Assembly (NCBI RefSeq): GCF_009914755.1
Contig: NC_060942.1
DNA from: the human T2T-CHM13v2.0 reference genome, Homo sapiens
DNA length: 64,000 nucleotides
Strand: one strand, 5' to 3'
Shown here in pieces: positions 57,854 through 64,000 of this stretch. The translations under genes were made by a program, and so were the position numbers. The notes below the pieces were generated by a model. That model searched no databases and had not been told where the DNA came from. It saw nothing but the letters and a program-made list of their open reading frames with translations. Numbering within the stretch: the stretch's first letter is position 1; each line of letters starts with the position of its first letter.

Positions 57854-60800
57854 GAGGGGTCTGCTAGGACCAGCACATATGACCTAAATGCCTCAGCTTC
57901 TCAGAACAGTTGGGAAATCATGGGCAGCATGGGAAAAAGAAAAGTTTAGGGTTGGAAGAACTGCGTTCAAGGGCCAGCACTGCTGCTTACTGTCATCTGA
58001 AGGGTGAAGTTGTTAACTTCGGTGAACTCACTTCCTTATCTGCAAATAGGGTCAATCGGTGGCATTCTCATTCATGGGTTTACTTCAGAGATCAAATAAT
58101 ATGAATTTTTTTCAATCCCTGTGTCCCTGGGTGAGTTCTGAAGGTTATAATAGCCTCATTAAACTTGAGTTCTCAAGGTGGCTGTGCTATTTCCTCACTG
58201 TGAGAATCACATAGCTTCTCTAGTCCTTCATCTGTGAAAAGGGTATGAATTCTACTTCCTTGGTCATCCTGTGTAAAACACAGTGCCCAGTCCAGAATAG
58301 CTGCTGTTATTGTTGGAGCCCTATGACTACAGAATAGCCTTGAGCAATAACCTTGCCTTGTATTTTTCCTTTATGTCTACAAACCCCAAAGGGTATGGTT
58401 TTCCTCAGCCCCAGTTTTTCTTCCATTTGTGATCTTGATTCATAAATTTGCTACCATTTCTCCTGGTTTCCTAGAAATAAGGAAAAAGGAAATGTGACAA
58501 TTGCATGCCACCTAGGTGCTAGGTCCTTTACATATCATTTATATACTTCTCCAATGTGATCCTATTAGGTGAAGATGACAGCACTGGTATTTTAGGGTTT
58601 ATGGAACTGAGGCCTCAACACATTTCAGGATGTCCCATGGACAGTGGCTACAGCTGATTTTAGATCCAAAAGTGCTCATTTCCCTGGGCCCAAAGCCTGT
58701 TTTCTTGTCCCTGTCTGTTGGGTCCAAAGCGCATGTTATAATTTTCAAGTATGGCTTAAGAATTTGGTACAGTTTCTCATTTTGATGTTAAAACAATTGT
58801 AAGATTGGCACAGCCCAGAAGTGCAGTGTACTTACTGCTATTTTACAGCCCTCTGAAATAGTAAATTAAAAGGAAAAATACTTAGCTTCTTAGTGACTTG
58901 ACTGAAATTAATTGGTTAGAGAATTACTTATATTTTTCATGAGCAGAGGAGGGCAGAATGTTGTCTTTTCTCTGGTTACAAATCCCGTAGATAGAACTGT
59001 GTTTTTGTAATTTCTTGTGTTTTCCATCCGAATATCTGTTTAACGTGAAAGGTGCAAAATCCTTTGTAAATCTCTAGTCTGTATGCCTGAGTGGTCTTAG
59101 GGAGAAAATGCCAGTAAGGTAAGCAATAATTTAAGACCTTTGACTTCAAGTGGAGGTGGGAGGCCCTAGGAGACTGATGTTAATCACCTTCTTTAGAACA
59201 AATTTCATTGCCTTTTGAGGCTTGACAAAGTAAAGAAAACATGTAGATCTGTATTTGAAGGATTTAAAATAATCTAGTGAGTAAATTCTTACTTTATCCG
59301 CAATGGGAAAGAACTGTTTGGTATATAGTACTCTACAGTGGTTATGTACTTTGCTTATTTAAATAACATTCTTGCAGTGTCATTAGGGAGAATTACATCA
59401 AAATAAACTGCATTAACAAAAGTAGAATAAGTGAGTATCGAGAATATTAGCATTTTTCAGAGTGACTTTAAAAAATTATGCAATTATGAATTCAGACATT
59501 TTATCAAAATTATTTATGAAGTAATGGTCATTGTCAACAGATGCAAGTTTGTAAGTAAGTACTGATTTTGGAAAGATTCCTGGGCAGATAGAGATAAAAT
59601 GAGGTGTTTGTCGTCGATTGTTAGGGATGAGAAAGACCTCAGGACTGGGCTTTAGGAGATCTGAGCTCTGATGTCTGGTTCTGCTGCCATGTAGCATGTG
59701 ATTTGGGTCAAATCTCTTCATGGTAACTCAAGGCCCAGAAAAGTAAAATTGATACTCTAATAATACTTTTTGGCTACCTAAAATAAAGACGAAGATCAGT
59801 GAGAAATTGTGATTGTGTTGGCATTTTTTTTTTTCTCTTGGGATGCTTTCTGAATACATATTGTTTATTAGATTCTGGGTACCCCCACCCCAAGATTATT
59901 CTCTCATGCCTCAGTTCTATAAACGGAAACTAAACACAGTGGTGAGAAGTCCTCCATGGCTGGAAGAATATTCAAGAGTTGTTTGCAAGGCATATTCTTT
60001 TCCAAATACAATGCTTACCTAGCACTGAGAGTGAAATGAGGTAGAATAATATCCCCCTGCTGGACGAGGTATCTGTGCCTTCTGTGGGTGAGTACCCATT
60101 TATAAGTCCTGTGCTGAGGCCCTGGGAGCCAGGCCTGTGCTGAGCATTGAAGATATAAAGGTTTCCAAGATGAGGGTTTGTCGTTAAGGAGCTCACAGGA
60201 AAACTGAAGGGATATCCAAGCAAGTCGAGCCCTCTATTTCTCAACTGACATAGACAGCGTGGAAATTAGGGAGGGAGAGAGGAGGTTGCTCCTTCCCCAG
60301 GCTGGCCTTGGCAAGGGAGCTTGAGGCCAAGTGTGCAGGAGGAAAGATCCGTGGGAAAACTGCAGGGAAAGCTCTCCTGTGGTCACCTAGGTAACTAGGA
60401 GGTTTGCAGTTAGACAATAGACACGGGAGCTGCCCATGAGGCCTTTAGGCACTATTCAGGTTGATGCAGAGGGAAGGGAGAGAATAAACTTTTACATAGT
60501 CTTTTGAAATGGTTTTTAATTTTTTTTTCTCTTAAAACGGGATGTCTTCTAAGCAAGTGAGTTTTCGAAGGCTGTGGTTATCTTAGAGTAGATGCAGAAA
60601 GGAGAACATCTGGGAAATTGCAGAGAGGATTGGAAATTGCAGAGAGGAACGAAGTTTGAATAGTTTTTGTTTTTGAACTTGGTGGCTTGGCAGTCTTCCC
60701 TTCTGTCCCATGCAGATCATATTTGGTGCTGTATTTAAGGGATGGATTTGTGCGGGATTGGAATTTGGCCAGAGGTTGGAAAAGTGTTGAGTATTGGGGA

Positions 60801-61204
60801 AGATTCATGACTCAAAATATTGGCTACTGTTCTATTCCCATGCCTGATATCAAGGTCCAAGGCTTTCTCTCTTTTTTTTTCCTCTTCTTCTTTTCCCTCA
60901 TCTATCTCCCTCTCATGTGATAGATGGGTTTTGAAAGGAAGTGGTAAACCAAACAGGTATCTGTATCCCACTTAACCATGGCCACTCCTCTTGTAGTGGC
61001 ATTGTCAGTGGCCAGGCCGCTTGTCATCGTATTTCTCCTCTGCAGATGTGGACAGGACAGAGTGTTCATTCACATAGAGTGAATTGGTAAGTGAAAGCAT
61101 AACCAGTACCATGCCTGGTGAGGCACTGGGTGGTGCCTTATCTACTTTATATCTAATCAGCACTGAAGTTCTTGTGTGTAAATGTGTAATAACACCACAA
61201 AAGA

Positions 61205-61420
61205 ACAGCTGATACTCATAGAATACTTAAAATTTCTAGGCATTGTCTTAAGCGCTTTTTAATTATGTATTATCTGATTTAATACTCATAACAACCTAAA
61301 TTACCCTCAGTTTACAGGCCTGGAAATCAACTGAAGCAAAGTGGCCAAGATCAGGCAAATTGTAAGGGTAGAGCTGAGATTTGAACATTATCAGCTTGAT
61401 CCTTTCAGCCACTAACCTAC
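61205..61420 (-). mobile_element. MIR SINE
   Basis: CTAGGCATTGTCTTAAGCGCTTT...TTTAATACTCATAACAACC...GGTAGAGCTGAGATTTGAAC. Confidence 0.6.
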
Positions 61421-64000
61421 AGTTTGTAGTTCTTTGTCTACATCAGACAGGCTTACAATCACGCTGCATACATCGTGGGCTTAACCTGCTTCTGTTTCAA
61501 TATCCGGGATCTTTTTGTATGCTTCTCTGTTGGTTGGTTAGTCAGGAGTCCACTACGGGTGGATGAATGGTTCAGGTATTGTAAGTGCACTGGCAATGAG
61601 GTGGCAGGACTAAGGACCTGGGGGAAAGAACATCAGTCCTTAGGCACTTAATCAGGTTGATATCTTTAGTTTGGGGGGTGACTTTTAGAACAAAGTCAAC
61701 AGATAGGTTTGCTTATTTTGGAGATTATATTATAATATAAACCAGCCAAACTGTTAGGGTTGGGAGCAAAACCAGGGCTAGATACTGCGTGATGAAACCT
61801 TGCCAGTGAAATGGCTTTCTGAGCAGGGAGCTGATACTGCTCAGTTCCAAGGTCTGTGGGGCATTGGCATCTGACTTAAAAGCCTGTATATTCAATAAAA
61901 GAATGTTTAATAAAACAGCAACTCAAAGCACTATAAACATTTAAAAACAGAATTTTTAAATACTAGGCATTCCTTGCACATTGATAAGTTCACATCTGAA
62001 ATTTGCATGACATAAACATACAGTTGAGAAGGAGAGAACGTATGCCCTATGGTAAATATTGACATTTTAAAATACAACTTGTACAAACATCTTTTAAAGG
62101 TATCCATTGTAAAGACCCAAGTACCAAAGGGATTCGATACCCTCCATTGTCCATTTAAAAATATATGAACAAACTTTTATTTAATTGAGAGAAACTTTAC
62201 CTCTTTAATTTTTCTCCTTAAACTGGTACTCCCATTTTCTTTCCCTATAGAATCATATCCTATTATAACACATTTGTGCTTGAAAGTCTGTGATTACTTA
62301 TCAGGCTTCTCTGTAACAAAAATATGTAAAAAGTTGAAATTTTAATTCTATATTTAATTTTATAGGAGTATAAACCTTTAAGTGTTAGATTTTTATGTAG
62401 TTGAATTATCACTAGTATGTAATCGAATCATTGTTAAAATTTATTGGAAGAATTGTTTCAGAAATCAACTGGGCTTTCGATGAAATAGTTCATTTATCTG
62501 TGGGTAGATATTACTTACTGGTTGAGTTAAACTGGGTTAAACATCAATTCTATTTCCATTTTTCATTTTTATAAATAGGTACTGAGAATCTTTGTTCATA
62601 TAAATAGATGGATAGGATTAGCCACTTCTTTGAATTTCTTTTTCAAGTTTCATGCCAAGATTCACATCATTATCTAGTATCAGTAATTATTTTTAATGAC
62701 CTGTTAGCTGACAGTTTGATTAAGCTCATTCTCAAAATTGTTGAAAGCAAAAATTGGGAAACCAAGTAGTCTCAAAAGGATTTGTTGCCCAGTTATGCAC
62801 CCTCTCATTTGCTGGGAAGTAGACCAAGAGGCTTTGCAAAGATTTCCTCAATGACTGTTAATTTCACCTGTTGTTTTTTAACTTAAAAGCATCTTGTTTA
62901 ACCCAGAAATATGAAGAAGTCATTGGGAAAACAAAAATAATATTAGTTTCAATATACTTTAGCCAATACATGTTTTAAATATATTTATATAAATAAATAC
63001 ACACCCAAACCCACATATGTATAGTTAAACCTTAGAGGTGAAGATTTAGGCTAATCAATAAGTGAACAATATATGATTCCATCGCAAAGCAGTTCTCATC
63101 AAGCTGTCGGTAAAATCAGACGTGCTTTCTATCAGATAAAGTCTAACATAGTTTTTAATTTCAAGTAAGTTTTAATTTGCATTTTGAGGAAAAAATTTTT
63201 AAATGGTAAAAAGAAATGATATGACAGATTACTAAAAGCAGTTTAGTCAATTTTGAAGCACTGTAGATTTAATAGAATTAATCATATTTTGTAATAAGTT
63301 ATAAAACCATAATGAATCTACTTTGTTTCTTATTAGTCTATAGGAATGCCATATAATGGACACCTAAAATTATGAGCTATTATAAAGTGAGGATTCTGAT
63401 TAAAAACATGCTATTTTTCTGGTAAATGTGTATGACTGTTTATACTGAACTCCGGCATTTGACTTCTGAGAATAATTAAACAGTAATTATATATATACTT
63501 TCAGAAATAACTACATTAATTTCCAAAGACTTCAGGGTCCAACTTTGTATTTAATTCTTACATATTTAATCAAATGGAGGTATGTGCTACTAAAAATAAA
63601 TTGTTATAGCAGCTAGCATATTTTTGTTAAGAGGTAGAAAATACTAACTTATGAGGATTGACTATCATTGGAAAAATCACTACATAAATATTTGATAAAA
63701 TAGATTTTAATGATCTTACTTTATAATGCACACCGAATCTAACTAAATCTCATTTTTGTGAGTTTTTATTGTATAATTAGAAAAATTTGGAAAGCATTGC
63801 AATTATACTTAAAAGAATCAGTGTCAGGAATCTTCACACTTTTGGTTGTTTGAAGATTCTTTTCTTGACAGCTAATGTGATGTTTGAGTGTGATCATAAA
63901 TGCTCACAAAAACAAATTGTTAATGATTATATTTGGAAACACCAGAAGTAATTTTTTGTGTTTAATATTTACCAGTGTCATCTTTGCCTTAATGTCACCA

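Overview
Primate (very likely human) genomic DNA, repeat-rich and mostly non-coding. The only supportable host coding sequence is coding exon 1 of PTPRM (receptor tyrosine phosphatase mu; ATG 43075, 73 nt, signal peptide MRGLGTCLATLAGLLLTAAGETFS, donor CAG|GTAAGC). It lies in a ~2.4 kb CpG island. About 42 kb upstream is intergenic and about 21 kb downstream is intron 1. The rest is Alu, L1, L2, MIR, CR1, LTR (ERVL/MaLR) and MER DNA transposon remnants. Subfamily names come from my recollection of consensus sequences, not from a RepeatMasker run. I found no convincing new multi-gene system. The best leads are: (1) two unrelated 'half proviruses' (HERV-L and THE1), 85 bp apart inside one LTR, each ending at an internal CA yet flanked by a perfect 5-bp TSD; (2) an AUG-free PTPRM 5' leader that is open in frame with the CDS and encodes a second signal-peptide-like segment after CUG codons, plus a hexamer repeat of Kozak-context ACG codons opening an overlapping frame; (3) a 5'-inverted L1PA4 missing ~1.8 kb but keeping an open endonuclease ORF; (4) several templated-insertion and duplication scars.
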